Assembly: GCA_041490545.1 (NCBI GenBank)
Contig: JBGPTG010000003.1
Span: 1 to 34,261 of the forward strand
Length of the DNA: 34,261 nt
Direction of reading: 5' to 3'
Source of the DNA: Gammaproteobacteria bacterium
Lineage (GTDB): Bacteria > Pseudomonadota > Gammaproteobacteria > Burkholderiales > SG8-39
Part shown: one piece after another, positions 11,327-21,949 of the stretch
Position numbering within the stretch: the first letter of the stretch is position 1
Layout of the letters: the number at the start of each line of letters is the position of its first letter
The notes under the pieces: model-generated
What the model was told of the DNA's origin: nothing
The model's input: only the letters and a program-made list of their open reading frames with translations
Databases searched by the model: none
Translations under genes and position numbers: made by a program

Positions 11327-12550
11327 CTAGCGGGTTGAGGCTGCCGCTTCATCGAGGAGTTGCTTCAGTGGCAACTTCAGCAGATCTTCTGCCTGAGCTG
11401 CGAACCGCTCCAACAGAACCTTACCGGCATCGCGGGCATCCGCGCCCGCCGGATCTCCCTCACCAAGAAAAAAATCTCGGTAGATGTCAGCCACAAGGAT
11501 CCTATCGGCGTCCATCACCAGTCCGTAGCGGTCTGCGGCGGTCCTCGTCACCCAACCGCGCCGAAGGGCACGAAGAAGCAGTGACTCTGTCTGTTCGCCG
11601 GTCAGCGATGTGCGTCGCGAGATCTGCCCCGGATCGAGAAGCTCGGCAACTTGCTGTGCACGAGCGAGCACCAGCAGCAGGTTCAATGCCTCGCGAAAAC
11701 CGACCGAGGATCCAGACTTTGCTCCGCTTTTCAGCAACGCGAAGTCCGGCGCCAGCGCCGCGATCAACGCTCCAACCACAATCACCACCCATGAGAAATA
11801 TATCCACAGCAAGAACACCGGTATCGCCGCAAATGCCCCGTATACCAGAGTGTAGGTCGGAAATTTTGCAACATAAACGGCGAATCCGCGTTTCATGATC
11901 TCAAAAGCAAGCCCGGCCACGATGCCCCCCGCGAGCGCGTGGCCGATTTTCATCGCGCGGTTTGGCACGACATAGTACAGCAGCGTGAACGCAGCGCAGG
12001 TCAGAGCGAAAGGGACCAGCCAGAACAGGGCGGCAACTGCGGCCGGAAACTGCCGGGCAAAGCCGAGCGATGCCCCGACGATGTATGAAGTGATAGAGAG
12101 GCTTGCTCCCATCATCACCGGCCCCAGCGTGAGTGCCGCCCAGTAGACAAGGATCCTCTGTGCCACCGGACGCGCCTGGGACACGCGCCAGATGGAATTG
12201 AACGCGCGTTCGATAGTAAACATCATCATGAATGCCGTGACGGCGAGCACCGCGGTGCCAAGGGCGGTCAGTTTGCCGGCGCGACCCGCGAACTGCTCGA
12301 TATAACCGGCGACGACCTTCCCCGCAGTCTCCGGCAACATGTTGGCGAGCAGGAATGCCCGAATCTGTTCTCCCAACCCAGAGAACACGGGGAATGCTGA
12401 CACAAGGGTGAGCGCGATGGTAATCAGAGGCACGAGTGCAAGCAACGTGGTGAAAGTGAGACTCGAGGCGATCTGCAGACAACGGTCCCGGTTGAACCGC
12501 TTGCAAACATGGACGAGGAACAGGCCAAGCTGTCGCACTTCTGGTCGCAT
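11327..12550 (-). CDS. YihY/BrkB family inner membrane protein
   Basis: Start reassigned to ATG 12550; ASSLTFTTLLALVP, FNSIWRV, YWAALTLGP, YGAFAAIPVFLLWIY, C-terminal winged-helix-like region. Confidence 0.9.
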   Translation of the reverse strand: MRPEVRQLGLFLVHVCKRFNRDRCLQIASSLTFTTLLALVPLITIALTLVSAFPVFSGLGEQIRAFLLANMLPETAGKVVAGYIEQFAGRAGKLTALGTAVLAVTAFMMMFTIERAFNSIWRVSQARPVAQRILVYWAALTLGPVMMGASLSITSYIVGASLGFARQFPAAVAALFWLVPFALTCAAFTLLYYVVPNRAMKIGHALAGGIVAGLAFEIMKRGFAVYVAKFPTYTLVYGAFAAIPVFLLWIYFSWVVIVVGALIAALAPDFALLKSGAKSGSSVGFREALNLLLVLARAQQVAELLDPGQISRRTSLTGEQTESLLLRALRRGWVTRTAADRYGLVMDADRILVADIYRDFFLGEGDPAGADARDAGKVLLERFAAQAEDLLKLPLKQLLDEAAASTR

Positions 12551-12595
12551 TGAATGCACCGGTCCGCAAGAGAACGCCGATATAATAGTACGAGT

Positions 12596-12625
12596 GTCTT
12601 CCTCTCCTGCGTCTTCCTCTCCTGC
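12596..12625. repeat. Perfect 15-bp tandem duplication
   Basis: GTCTTCCTCTCCTGC twice, at 12596-12610 and 12611-12625. Confidence 0.9.
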
Positions 12626-12695
12626 TTTCGATGGGTAGTACCCCGGTTCTTCGCTGCAGGAGTCGCCGTTCCGCGCCCGAGTCGGCGCAGCCTCG

Positions 12696-13406
12696 GTGAA
12701 TCGCGGTTCCATCGCGCGCAAGCACCTCGCATCGTGCCGAACCGGCGTGCTCTCGACGCTCTCGCTGCGGCACGACGGCCACCCGTTTGGTTCGCTTGTC
12801 CCTTATGTGCTCGACCACTCGGCACGGCCCGTGATACTGGTAAGCCGGCTCGCCGAGCACACCAAGAATCTCCTGGCAGATCCCCGCGCGAGCCTGCTTG
12901 CCCGCGACGGAGCGTCTGACCCACAGGCGGGGGCGCGCGTCACGCTTCTGGGTAGCGCAACCGCGCTGAAGCCCAACAGTCGCGCCGCCTCCCGTTATCA
13001 GCGATTCTTTCCCGATTCCCGAAAGCTCCTCGCCTTGGGCGATTTTGTCTTTTTTTCCCTGGGCCCGCTCGCAGTCCGCTTCATCGAAGGATTCGGGTCC
13101 ATTCACTGGTTGTCGGCCGAGGACTACGCCCCTCCGATAAACACGCTTGCCGATGCCGAACCCGATATTGTTGCCCACATGAACGCCGAGCACTCCCACA
13201 ACCTGCGCGACTACTGTCGCCACGCAGCCGGTGGCGAGGCAATCGAGGCGACGATGATTGGTCTGGACTGCGACGGCTTCGATGTACGCGCCCGCTACGA
13301 CACCGAGTTCAGGTTACTGCGTTTCGATTTCGAGCAATCCGTCACTGACGCGGGTGATGCACGCGCTGCTCTCGCAGCCCTGGCGAGCACAAGCCGCAAG
13401 GCATGA
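12696..13406 (+). CDS. HugZ-like heme utilization / pyridoxamine 5'-phosphate oxidase family protein with a DUF2470-like C-terminal domain
   Basis: GVLSTLS, GHPFGSLV, SRLAEHTKNL..DPRASL, GFGSIHW; C-terminal HMNAEH and GLDCDGFD. Confidence 0.85.
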   Translation: MNRGSIARKHLASCRTGVLSTLSLRHDGHPFGSLVPYVLDHSARPVILVSRLAEHTKNLLADPRASLLARDGASDPQAGARVTLLGSATALKPNSRAASRYQRFFPDSRKLLALGDFVFFSLGPLAVRFIEGFGSIHWLSAEDYAPPINTLADAEPDIVAHMNAEHSHNLRDYCRHAAGGEAIEATMIGLDCDGFDVRARYDTEFRLLRFDFEQSVTDAGDARAALAALASTSRKA

Positions 13407-13747
13407 AACCTGCCGCACTCGCGTGGGTGGCCACCGTGAGCCTGGTGGCGCTCGTGTTTCTGTGCCTTTCCTGGGAGCTGTGGCTGGCACCGCTGAGGCC
13501 TGGCGGATCCTGGCTGATGCTCAAGGCGCTGCCGCTGCTCGCACCGCTTTTCGGCGTGCTGGGCGGTAGGCGCTACACCTATCAATGGGCATCACAACTG
13601 GTCCTTGCCTACTTCGCCGAAGGACTGGTTCGCGGGTTGACCGAATCCGGCATTTCCGCCCGCCTCGCCGGCGCCGAGGTCCTGCTCTCCCTGGTTTTCT
13701 TTGTTAGTGCAATCGCCTACACCAGGGCCACCCGCAGCCCCGCCTGA
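13403..13747 (+). CDS. DUF2069 family membrane protein
   Basis: WELWLAPLRPGGSWL.LKALPL...RRYTYQWAS; ATGA overlap with the upstream gene. Confidence 0.88.
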   Translation: MKPAALAWVATVSLVALVFLCLSWELWLAPLRPGGSWLMLKALPLLAPLFGVLGGRRYTYQWASQLVLAYFAEGLVRGLTESGISARLAGAEVLLSLVFFVSAIAYTRATRSPA

Positions 13748-13777
13748 ATGCCCGGGGCGCCCGCTGAGGAATCCACA

Positions 13778-15313
13778 TTACACCTGCGGGTTGATCCGCT
13801 CAGCCTTGTTTTGCAGCTTGTTCAGCGCGTTCACATAAGCCTTCGCGGAGGCGACGATGATGTCGGTGTCGGCTCCAACGCCATTGACGATCCTGCCGCC
13901 CCTTGACAGGCGCACGGTCACTTCTCCCTGCGATTCGGTCCCCTGGGTCACCGCATTGACCGAAAACAGCAGAAGTTCCGCGCCGCTTTTCGCCACGCTT
14001 TCGATAGCCTTGAACGTAGCATCCACCGGACCATCGCCCTCCGAGCGGGCGATTCGGTCTGCCCCCGCTTCCGAAAGCACGATCTTGGCCTGCGGCCGTT
14101 TCGAGCTGCCGCTCTGCTGCTCGATCGACACCAGTCTCCACGTTTCCAAGCTCGTCCGATCTGTCTCTCCCGAGACGAGCGCCTGCAGATCCTCATCGAA
14201 AATCTCGTGCTTCTTGTCTGCGAGGTCCTTGAAACGCTGGAACGCCTTGTTGCAAGCGTCTTCGGAATCCAGATCAATGCCGAGTTCCTTGAGCCGTTGC
14301 TTGAAGGCGCTCCGGCCCGAATGCTTACCCAGCACCAGCTTGTTGGACGACCAGCCGACATCCTGCGCGCGCATGATTTCGTAGGTTTCGCGGCTCTTGA
14401 GCACCCCGTCCTGGTGTATTCCCGCTTCGTGCGCGAAGGCATTTGCCCCGACGATGGCCTTGTTGGGCTGCACCGGAAAGCCGGTGATTCCGGAAACGAG
14501 GCGGCTGGCCGGGACGATCTGCGTGCTGTCCAGTTGCGTATCACACGTAAACACGTCCTGCCGCGTGCGCACTGCCATCACAATTTCCTCCAGGGACGCG
14601 TTGCCGGCCCGCTCCCCGAGCCCGTTTATCGTGCACTCGACCTGGCGCGCCCCGTTCATGACCGCAGCAAGGGAATTGGCGACCGCGAGTCCCAGGTCGT
14701 TGTGGCAATGCACGGACCAGACGACCTTGTCGGAATTAGGTACCCGCTCTCTCAGTTTCCGGATCAGCGACCCGAACTGCTCGGGCAGGGTGTAACCGAC
14801 CGTATCGGGGATGTTGACCGTTCTTGCGCCTTCCTTTATCACGGCCTCGAGTACACGGCACAGGAAATCAATCTCCGAGCGACCTGCATCCTCAGGCGAG
14901 AACTCAATGTCGTCGGTGAACTTGCGGGCGAATCGGACGGCATTGACCGCCTCAGTCAGCACCTGGTCGGGGGTCATGCGCAGCTTCTTCTCCATGTGAA
15001 TCGGCGAAGTCGCGATGAAGGTATGAATGCGCCCCTGTTTGGCCGGTTTGATGGCTTCGGCTGCGCGCGTTATGTCACGGTCGTTCGCCCTGGCCAGAGA
15101 GCACACGGTGCACTCCTTTACGAGGCTGGCCACGGCCTGCACCGAATCGAAATCTCCCTGACTGGATGCCGCGAATCCGGCCTCGATAACGTCCACACGC
15201 ATGCGCTCCAGCTGCCGGGCGATGCGCAGCTTTTCGTCTTTCGTCATGGATGCGCCGGGACTCTGCTCACCGTCGCGCATGGTCGTATCAAATATGATCA
15301 GTCGGTCTTTCAT
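13778..15313 (-). CDS. leuA: 2-isopropylmalate synthase
   Basis: [31 protein letters not shown], regulatory domain GDGPVDA. Confidence 0.97.
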   Translation of the reverse strand: MKDRLIIFDTTMRDGEQSPGASMTKDEKLRIARQLERMRVDVIEAGFAASSQGDFDSVQAVASLVKECTVCSLARANDRDITRAAEAIKPAKQGRIHTFIATSPIHMEKKLRMTPDQVLTEAVNAVRFARKFTDDIEFSPEDAGRSEIDFLCRVLEAVIKEGARTVNIPDTVGYTLPEQFGSLIRKLRERVPNSDKVVWSVHCHNDLGLAVANSLAAVMNGARQVECTINGLGERAGNASLEEIVMAVRTRQDVFTCDTQLDSTQIVPASRLVSGITGFPVQPNKAIVGANAFAHEAGIHQDGVLKSRETYEIMRAQDVGWSSNKLVLGKHSGRSAFKQRLKELGIDLDSEDACNKAFQRFKDLADKKHEIFDEDLQALVSGETDRTSLETWRLVSIEQQSGSSKRPQAKIVLSEAGADRIARSEGDGPVDATFKAIESVAKSGAELLLFSVNAVTQGTESQGEVTVRLSRGGRIVNGVGADTDIIVASAKAYVNALNKLQNKAERINPQV

Positions 15314-15401
15314 GGCGTCCGCTCCCTATGACGTGCTGATGCTGCTCTCGCAGCGCCTTTCGGGCTGCGACCGGGGTACTGCTGAATTGGATTTGGAGTT
15401 T

Positions 15402-15482
15402 TTAGCGCGCGGGGCGCAGCAGCAGGCCCGAAAGCATCAGGCTGCCGTGGGGGGACTTCAACACTGGAGCATTGAACCGCAT
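15402..15482 (-). CDS. Putative leuA leader peptide (26 aa)
   Basis: ATG...TAA gives MRFNAPVLKSPHGSLMLSGLLLRPAR, with 6 Leu codons including CTG CTG CTG, ending 88 nt before the leuA start. Not in the ORF track. Confidence 0.7.
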   Translation of the reverse strand: MRFNAPVLKSPHGSLMLSGLLLRPAR

Positions 15483-15509
15483 ACGTTGGAATATAACGGG
15501 TTTCCCCCG

Positions 15510-16280
15510 CTACTGCAACTGCGCCGGATCCTTCGGACGGCGCTTCTTCCAGATCCAGTGCACGTAGCCGGACAGCCCATAAGCCACAAACAGGAGAAAC
15601 AGAACGATCGGAGGGTCCCACGACACCAGCACGAAACCGAGCACCACCAGCAGGATGACCGCAAAAGGCACCGAACGTCTGAGGTTGATGTCCTTGAAGC
15701 TGTAGAAGGGGACATTGCTCACCATCGTGAGCCCGGCGTACAGGGTCAGGAAGGCGGCAACCCAGGGTAGGCCATAGTCATCGACGGGAATCTTGTTGTC
15801 GCTCGCCAGCCAAAGGAACCCCGCGACCAAGGCTGCCGCCGCCGGGCTGGGCAGCCCCTGGAAAAAACGCTTGTCGACGACTTCGATGTTGGTATTGAAT
15901 CGGGCAAGCCGCAGCGCAGCCCCGGCGCAGTAGACAAATGCCGCGATCCACCCGAAGCGGCCAAGATCCTTCAGCGCCCACTCGTACATCACCAGAGCCG
16001 GAGCCGCGCCAAAGCAGACCATGTCGGAGAGCGAATCGTACTCCGCACCGAATGCGCTCTGCGTGTGCGTCAACCTCGCCACGCGGCCATCCAGGGTGTC
16101 GAGGATCATCGCGACGAATATCGCCACGGCAGCGTTGTCGAATCGCTGGTTCATCGCCATCACGATGGCATAGAACCCCGCAAACAGCGCCGCCGTCGTA
16201 AACAGATTGGGCAGCAGGTAGATTCCCCGTCGACGGATCTCGGTATTCAGCAGCGGCTTGCGAAAACCGGGCTCAGGCAT
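15510..16280 (-). CDS. pssA: CDP-diacylglycerol--serine O-phosphatidyltransferase
   Basis: Start reassigned to ATG 16280; [19 protein letters not shown]...[22 protein letters not shown]. Confidence 0.94.
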   Translation of the reverse strand: MPEPGFRKPLLNTEIRRRGIYLLPNLFTTAALFAGFYAIVMAMNQRFDNAAVAIFVAMILDTLDGRVARLTHTQSAFGAEYDSLSDMVCFGAAPALVMYEWALKDLGRFGWIAAFVYCAGAALRLARFNTNIEVVDKRFFQGLPSPAAAALVAGFLWLASDNKIPVDDYGLPWVAAFLTLYAGLTMVSNVPFYSFKDINLRRSVPFAVILLVVLGFVLVSWDPPIVLFLLFVAYGLSGYVHWIWKKRRPKDPAQLQ

Positions 16281-16926
16281 GACGCGGGAGAGTGGCAACG
16301 ATGGTGCTCGTGGCGCGCACCTTGTCTCCCAAGGCGGCGACGACGGTGGCGTTCTTGGGCAGGTACAGATCCACTCGCGAACCGAAACGAATGAAGCCGA
16401 AGCGCTGACCGCGAGCAAGAGCATCACCTTCCTTCACATAACAGAGGATGCGTCGTGCAATGAGCCCTGCTATCTGCACGCAGGTGACGTCGGCGCCGTC
16501 CGGGGTGCGCAGCCACAGCGCGTTGCGCTCGTTCTCCACGGAAGCCTTGTCGAGCGCCGCATTGACGAAACTGCCGGGGTTGTACCAGCACCGTTTCACC
16601 TCGCCGTCCACCGGCGAGCGGTTGGAATGGACGTTGAACACGTTCATGAACACGCTGACCTTGATCGCATCGCGATCGAGGTAGGGATCGCGGGCAGGAC
16701 CCACAGCAACCACGCGTCCGTCGGCGGGGCAAACGACCGCGTGACCGTCCCCCGGGACCTGTCTCGACGGATCGCGGAAGAACTGCAGGACGAAGATTGC
16801 GGCGAGCCACACGGGGAGTGACCACCATCCACCCCACCAGCTCGCAACCACCGCCCCCAGAACTACAGCTCCCAGGAAGGGCCAACCTTCCCGGGCAATG
16901 ACCGGATGGGGATAGATTGCGCTCAT
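16273..16926 (-). CDS. psd: Phosphatidylserine decarboxylase proenzyme
   Basis: [36 protein letters not shown] self-cleavage motif. Confidence 0.94.
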   Translation of the reverse strand: MSAIYPHPVIAREGWPFLGAVVLGAVVASWWGGWWSLPVWLAAIFVLQFFRDPSRQVPGDGHAVVCPADGRVVAVGPARDPYLDRDAIKVSVFMNVFNVHSNRSPVDGEVKRCWYNPGSFVNAALDKASVENERNALWLRTPDGADVTCVQIAGLIARRILCYVKEGDALARGQRFGFIRFGSRVDLYLPKNATVVAALGDKVRATSTIVATLPRHA

Positions 16927-16952
16927 GCCCTTGCCCTGCTCGTGTCGCTCGC

Positions 16953-18026
<1,074 letters not shown>

Positions 18027-18518
18027 TCAAACCTTCAGGATCCTCTCACCGCGAGCGATCCCCGATGCTCCCGTCCGGACCGTTTCGAGGATCAGACCGG
18101 GCTCCAGCGCGTGGATGAAGGCATCGAGCTTCGCCCCGGTCCCCGTAAGTTCCATGGTGTAGGTGCTGTCGGTGACGTCGATGATGCGGCCGCGAAAGAT
18201 TTCCGACATGCGCTTCATCTCCTCGCGCTCTTTGCCGGTCGCGCGGACCTTGATCAGCATGAGCTCACGCTCGATGTGCGCGGCTTCGGAAAGGTCCACG
18301 ACCTTCACGACTTCGACAAGCTTGTTGAGTTGCTTGGTGATCTGCTCGACCATGTCGTCAGATCCGGTCGTGACGATGGTCATGCGCGAGAGCGAGGCAT
18401 CTTCGGTCGGGGCTACGGTGAGCGTTTCGATGTTGTAGCCGCGCGCGGAAAACAATCCCGCAACCCGGGAAAGAGCACCCGGCTCGTTTTCAAGCATGAT
18501 GGAAATGATATGTCGCAT
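18027..18518 (-). CDS. ilvH: Acetolactate synthase small subunit
   Basis: MRHIIS..LENEPGALSRVAGLFSARGYNI (ACT domain). Confidence 0.96.
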   Translation of the reverse strand: MRHIISIMLENEPGALSRVAGLFSARGYNIETLTVAPTEDASLSRMTIVTTGSDDMVEQITKQLNKLVEVVKVVDLSEAAHIERELMLIKVRATGKEREEMKRMSEIFRGRIIDVTDSTYTMELTGTGAKLDAFIHALEPGLILETVRTGASGIARGERILKV

Positions 18519-18646
18519 CGCTCCCTCGCTGAGGTCCGGCCCCGGGACATGCTCGACCCCGATTCGACGCGACGCTCGTGGCGCCGCCGAGCCAGACTCC
18601 GTTCAGCCTACCTTGATCACACCCGACTGCGCATCGGGCACGCTGC

Positions 18647-20353
18647 TCACAGCTCCTCGGCAAGAATCATCTCGGTGAGACCTTTGCCGCCCTGGACCAT
18701 CGGGTAGACGTTCTCGGTCTGGTCGGTAATAAAGTCCAGGAATACGAGGTCGTTCTTGCGCTTAAACGCCTCCTTCAGGGCCGGCTCGACGTCGGCGGGC
18801 TTCTCCACCTTCATGCCGACATGGCCATAGCTCTCGGCGAGTTTGACAAAGTCGGGCAGCGCGTCCATGTAGGATTCGGAATAGCGGTTGCCGTGGAAGA
18901 ACTGCTGCCACTGGCGCACCATGCCCATATACTTGTTATTCAGGTTTACGATCTTGATCGGCAGCCGGTACTGTTTGCAGGTCGAAAGCTCCTGGATGCA
19001 CATCTGGATGCTCGCCTCGCCGGTGACGCAGGCAACCGTCGCGCCGGGGTTGGCGAACTGCACGCCCATCGCGGCGGGCAGACCGAAACCCATCGTCCCG
19101 AGACCGCCGGAGTTGATCCAGCGACGTGGCTTGTCGAACTTGTAGAACTGCGCCGTCCACATCTGGTGCTGGCCAACGTCGGAGGTGACGAAGGCATCGC
19201 CCTTCGTTATCCGGTAGAGCGTCTCAAGCACGAACTGCGGCTTGATGATCTTGCTCTTCCTGTCGTATTTCAGGCAGTCCTTGGATTTCCACAGGCCGAT
19301 CTGGGACCACCAGGCGCTGAGCGCCTTCTGGTCCGGTTTGTAGCCGACGGCCTCAAGCTGCCGGCTCAGTTCCTCGATCACGTCGGACACATTGCCGACG
19401 ATCGGGACGTCTACCTTCACTCGCTTGGAGATCGAGGAAGGGTCAATGTCGATGTGAATGATCTTGCGCTGTACCTGCGCGAAGTCGGCCGGGTTGCCTA
19501 TGACTCGGTCATCGAAGCGCGCGCCTACGGCAAGCAGCACGTCGCAGTTCTGCATCGCCATGTTGGCTTCATACGTGCCGTGCATCCCGAGCATGCCCAG
19601 GAACTGCGGGTCGGTTGCGGGATAGCCTCCGAGGCCCATGAGCGTATTGGTGCACGGGAATCCGAGCATCTTCACGAGTTTGGTCAGCTGCTTCGAGGCG
19701 TCCGACAGAATGACACCCCCGCCCGTATAGACCATGGGACGCTTGGCCTCGGCGAGCAACTGCACTGCCTTCTTGATCTGACCCGGATGCCCCTTCACGA
19801 CCGGGTTGTAGGAGCGCATGGTCACCGTTTCCGGGTACTCGAAGGAGCACTTGGCCGAGGTAACGTCCTTGGGAATGTCGACGAGCACGGGGCCCGGGCG
19901 CCCGGTTCTGGCGAGATAGAACGCCTTCTTGATCGTAAGCGCCAGATCTTTGACGTCCTTTACCAGGAAATTGTGCTTCACGCAGGGCCGGGTGATGCCG
20001 ACCGCGTCGCATTCCTGAAATGCGTCCAGGCCGATGGCGTAAGTCGGTACCTGTCCGGTAATGATCACCATCGGGATCGAGTCCATGTAGGCGGTGGCCA
20101 CGCCGGTAACGGCATTGGTTACGCCGGGTCCCGAGGTGACCAGTGCGACCCCGACCTTGTCGCTCGAGCGCGAATAGCCGTCGGCAGCGTGGGTCGCACC
20201 CTGCTCGTGACGCACGAGAATATGCTTGACCTTGTCCTGTTTGAACAACTCGTCGTAGATGAACAGGACGGCGCCGCCGGGATAGCCGAACACGTATTCG
20301 ACCTTTTCCGCCTGGAGGCACTTGATTACGATCTCTGCGCCAGTCAATTCCAT
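18647..20353 (-). CDS. ilvI: Acetolactate synthase large subunit
   Basis: FGYPGG, RHEQ, TSGPG, GMLGMHG, DVGQHQMW, GMVRQWQ. Confidence 0.96.
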   Translation of the reverse strand: MELTGAEIVIKCLQAEKVEYVFGYPGGAVLFIYDELFKQDKVKHILVRHEQGATHAADGYSRSSDKVGVALVTSGPGVTNAVTGVATAYMDSIPMVIITGQVPTYAIGLDAFQECDAVGITRPCVKHNFLVKDVKDLALTIKKAFYLARTGRPGPVLVDIPKDVTSAKCSFEYPETVTMRSYNPVVKGHPGQIKKAVQLLAEAKRPMVYTGGGVILSDASKQLTKLVKMLGFPCTNTLMGLGGYPATDPQFLGMLGMHGTYEANMAMQNCDVLLAVGARFDDRVIGNPADFAQVQRKIIHIDIDPSSISKRVKVDVPIVGNVSDVIEELSRQLEAVGYKPDQKALSAWWSQIGLWKSKDCLKYDRKSKIIKPQFVLETLYRITKGDAFVTSDVGQHQMWTAQFYKFDKPRRWINSGGLGTMGFGLPAAMGVQFANPGATVACVTGEASIQMCIQELSTCKQYRLPIKIVNLNNKYMGMVRQWQQFFHGNRYSESYMDALPDFVKLAESYGHVGMKVEKPADVEPALKEAFKRKNDLVFLDFITDQTENVYPMVQGGKGLTEMILAEEL

Positions 20354-20392
20354 GCCAACTGCCCGTCCGGCAACGCTCTATGGGAACTTTAG

Positions 20393-20421
20393 AGCCTAAT
20401 TGCTGACGCCTGATTGGTCAA
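20393..20421 (-). promoter_or_regulatory. Putative sigma70 promoter for ilvIHC
   Basis: Minus strand TTGACC (20421-20416), 17 bp spacer, TAGGCT (20398-20393). Confidence 0.5.
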
Positions 20422-20517
20422 GCTTTTTCCTGATTTTGCCTGCATCGGGTCCGCGCTTTTGATACCATCGGACGGCTGCAATGGCGGCTAATCCGGCCGA
20501 CAACAAAGGAAGCGCTT

Positions 20518-21084
20518 CTGGCCTCCCCAACCGAGCTCTCCGATTTTCTCGCGAGCGTCGAGCGCCGCGCATACAAGCAGGCGCTTTTCGCTGTTCGCGT
20601 TGAGGAGAACGCACTCGATATCGTGCAGGATGCGATGCTCAAGCTTGCCGCGAAATACGGAACGAAGCCGCCCGGGGAACTGCCCATGTTGTTTCAGCGC
20701 ATCCTGCAGAACACGATTCGCGATTTCTATCGCCGCAGCAAGGTGCGCTCGACGTGGATAACGCTATTCTCGTCACTGTCTTCGGTGCGGGACGATGAAG
20801 AAAGCGATCCACTTGAAACTCTGGAGAGCGCCGATGAGTCGAAATCCAGACGAGGCCCGGCAGAAGCGTTGGAACAGAGTCAAATTGTTGAATCTATTGA
20901 AAAAGAGCTCCAGCGCTTACCACTGCGTCAACGCCAGGCGTTTCTGCTGCGTTACTGGGAGGAGTTGGACGTTGCCGAGACCGCCGCTGTCATGGGGTGC
21001 TCTCAGGGCAGCGTCAAGACCCATTGCTCCCGGGCAGCTCACGCCATGGCACTGGCCTTAAGAGCAAAGGGGATTGAGCTATGA
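20518..21084 (+). CDS. ECF RNA polymerase sigma factor (probable CTG start)
   Basis: The frame extends upstream of GTG 20623 as (M)ASPTELSDFLASVERRAYKQALFAVRVEENALDIVQDAM (region 2). Region 4 is LPLRQRQAFLLRYWE...GSVKTHCSRA. SD-like AAGGA lies 7 nt before CTG 20518. Confidence 0.88.
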   Translation: MASPTELSDFLASVERRAYKQALFAVRVEENALDIVQDAMLKLAAKYGTKPPGELPMLFQRILQNTIRDFYRRSKVRSTWITLFSSLSSVRDDEESDPLETLESADESKSRRGPAEALEQSQIVESIEKELQRLPLRQRQAFLLRYWEELDVAETAAVMGCSQGSVKTHCSRAAHAMALALRAKGIEL

Positions 21085-21461
21085 ACGAACCGCAGATCGC
21101 CTACCGAGTCAAGCAGCACCTCAACCAGGGGCTCGACAATCTGGACGCCGGGAAGCTCGCACGCCTGAAGGCCGGGCGCGAGCAGGCGTTGGCGCACCAG
21201 CGCGTCGGACCCGGTGTTTCCGTGCTGGCCTGGGCCGACAACGTCGTCGGCGTATGGGGTGGCCCGTCATCGTTGGTGCCGCGCATGCTGCTTCCCATGG
21301 TCGTGCTGATTCTCGGACTGATTGCAGTCAGCCAATGGCGCGAGACGCAGATCGCCGCGGAGATCGAGGAAATCGACGCTGCAGTGCTCACCAGCGACCT
21401 GCCGCTGGACGCCTACCTCGACAAGGGATTCGATGCATGGCTAAAGCGCCCCTCGCACTAG
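21081..21461 (+). CDS. DUF3619 family protein (putative anti-sigma factor)
   Basis: RL...R..AL N-terminal helix, one TM segment, C-terminal DLPLDAYLDKGFDAWL. Confidence 0.85.
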   Translation: MNEPQIAYRVKQHLNQGLDNLDAGKLARLKAGREQALAHQRVGPGVSVLAWADNVVGVWGGPSSLVPRMLLPMVVLILGLIAVSQWRETQIAAEIEEIDAAVLTSDLPLDAYLDKGFDAWLKRPSH

Positions 21462-21940
21462 CACTTTGGCTCTGCATCTCGCTCCCCGTCTTCGCCGACA
21501 CGCCGTCCAAGAAACCCCCAACCTGGGGGGAGTTGAACGCGGAGCAGCAGCAGATTCTGGCGCCGCTCGCCGCCGACTGGGAAAATCTCGAGCCTGAACG
21601 CAAGCGCAAGTGGCTTGGCATCGCCAAGCGCTATCCGAAGATGAAGCCCGACGAGCAGGCACGCGTCCAGCGGCGCATGCAGGCCTGGGCGAAGCTCACC
21701 CCGAAAGAGCGGCAGGCCGCCCGCGAGCGCTACAAGAAAATAGAGAAATTGCCGCCCGACAAGAAGCAAGGTCTGAAACAGAAATGGGATGAATACAACC
21801 GTCTGCCGGAACGCGAACGACAAAATCTCGCATCCCCACAACGCAAGTCCACCGCCCCCAAAGCCGCTCCCCCAACCGACTCCGTTCCGCCTCCGACCGC
21901 GCCTGCGAATCCCGTCGCACCCGCTCCCGCCGCTCGATAG
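21437..21940 (+). CDS. DUF3106 family periplasmic protein
   Basis: Start reassigned to ATG 21437 (MAKAPLALAL signal peptide); W..L...QQ..LAPL...W repeats; Pro/Ala-rich tail. Confidence 0.85.
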   Translation: MAKAPLALALWLCISLPVFADTPSKKPPTWGELNAEQQQILAPLAADWENLEPERKRKWLGIAKRYPKMKPDEQARVQRRMQAWAKLTPKERQAARERYKKIEKLPPDKKQGLKQKWDEYNRLPERERQNLASPQRKSTAPKAAPPTDSVPPPTAPANPVAPAPAAR

Positions 21941-21949
21941 GCTGCGGCG

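Noticed and set aside
18821-20392. 523-aa plus-strand ORF
   Set aside because: Antisense shadow of ilvI.
20354-20517. Possible ilv leader peptide or attenuator
   Set aside because: The predicted promoter leaves only about 35 nt of leader, and I found no Ile/Val/Leu-rich uORF.
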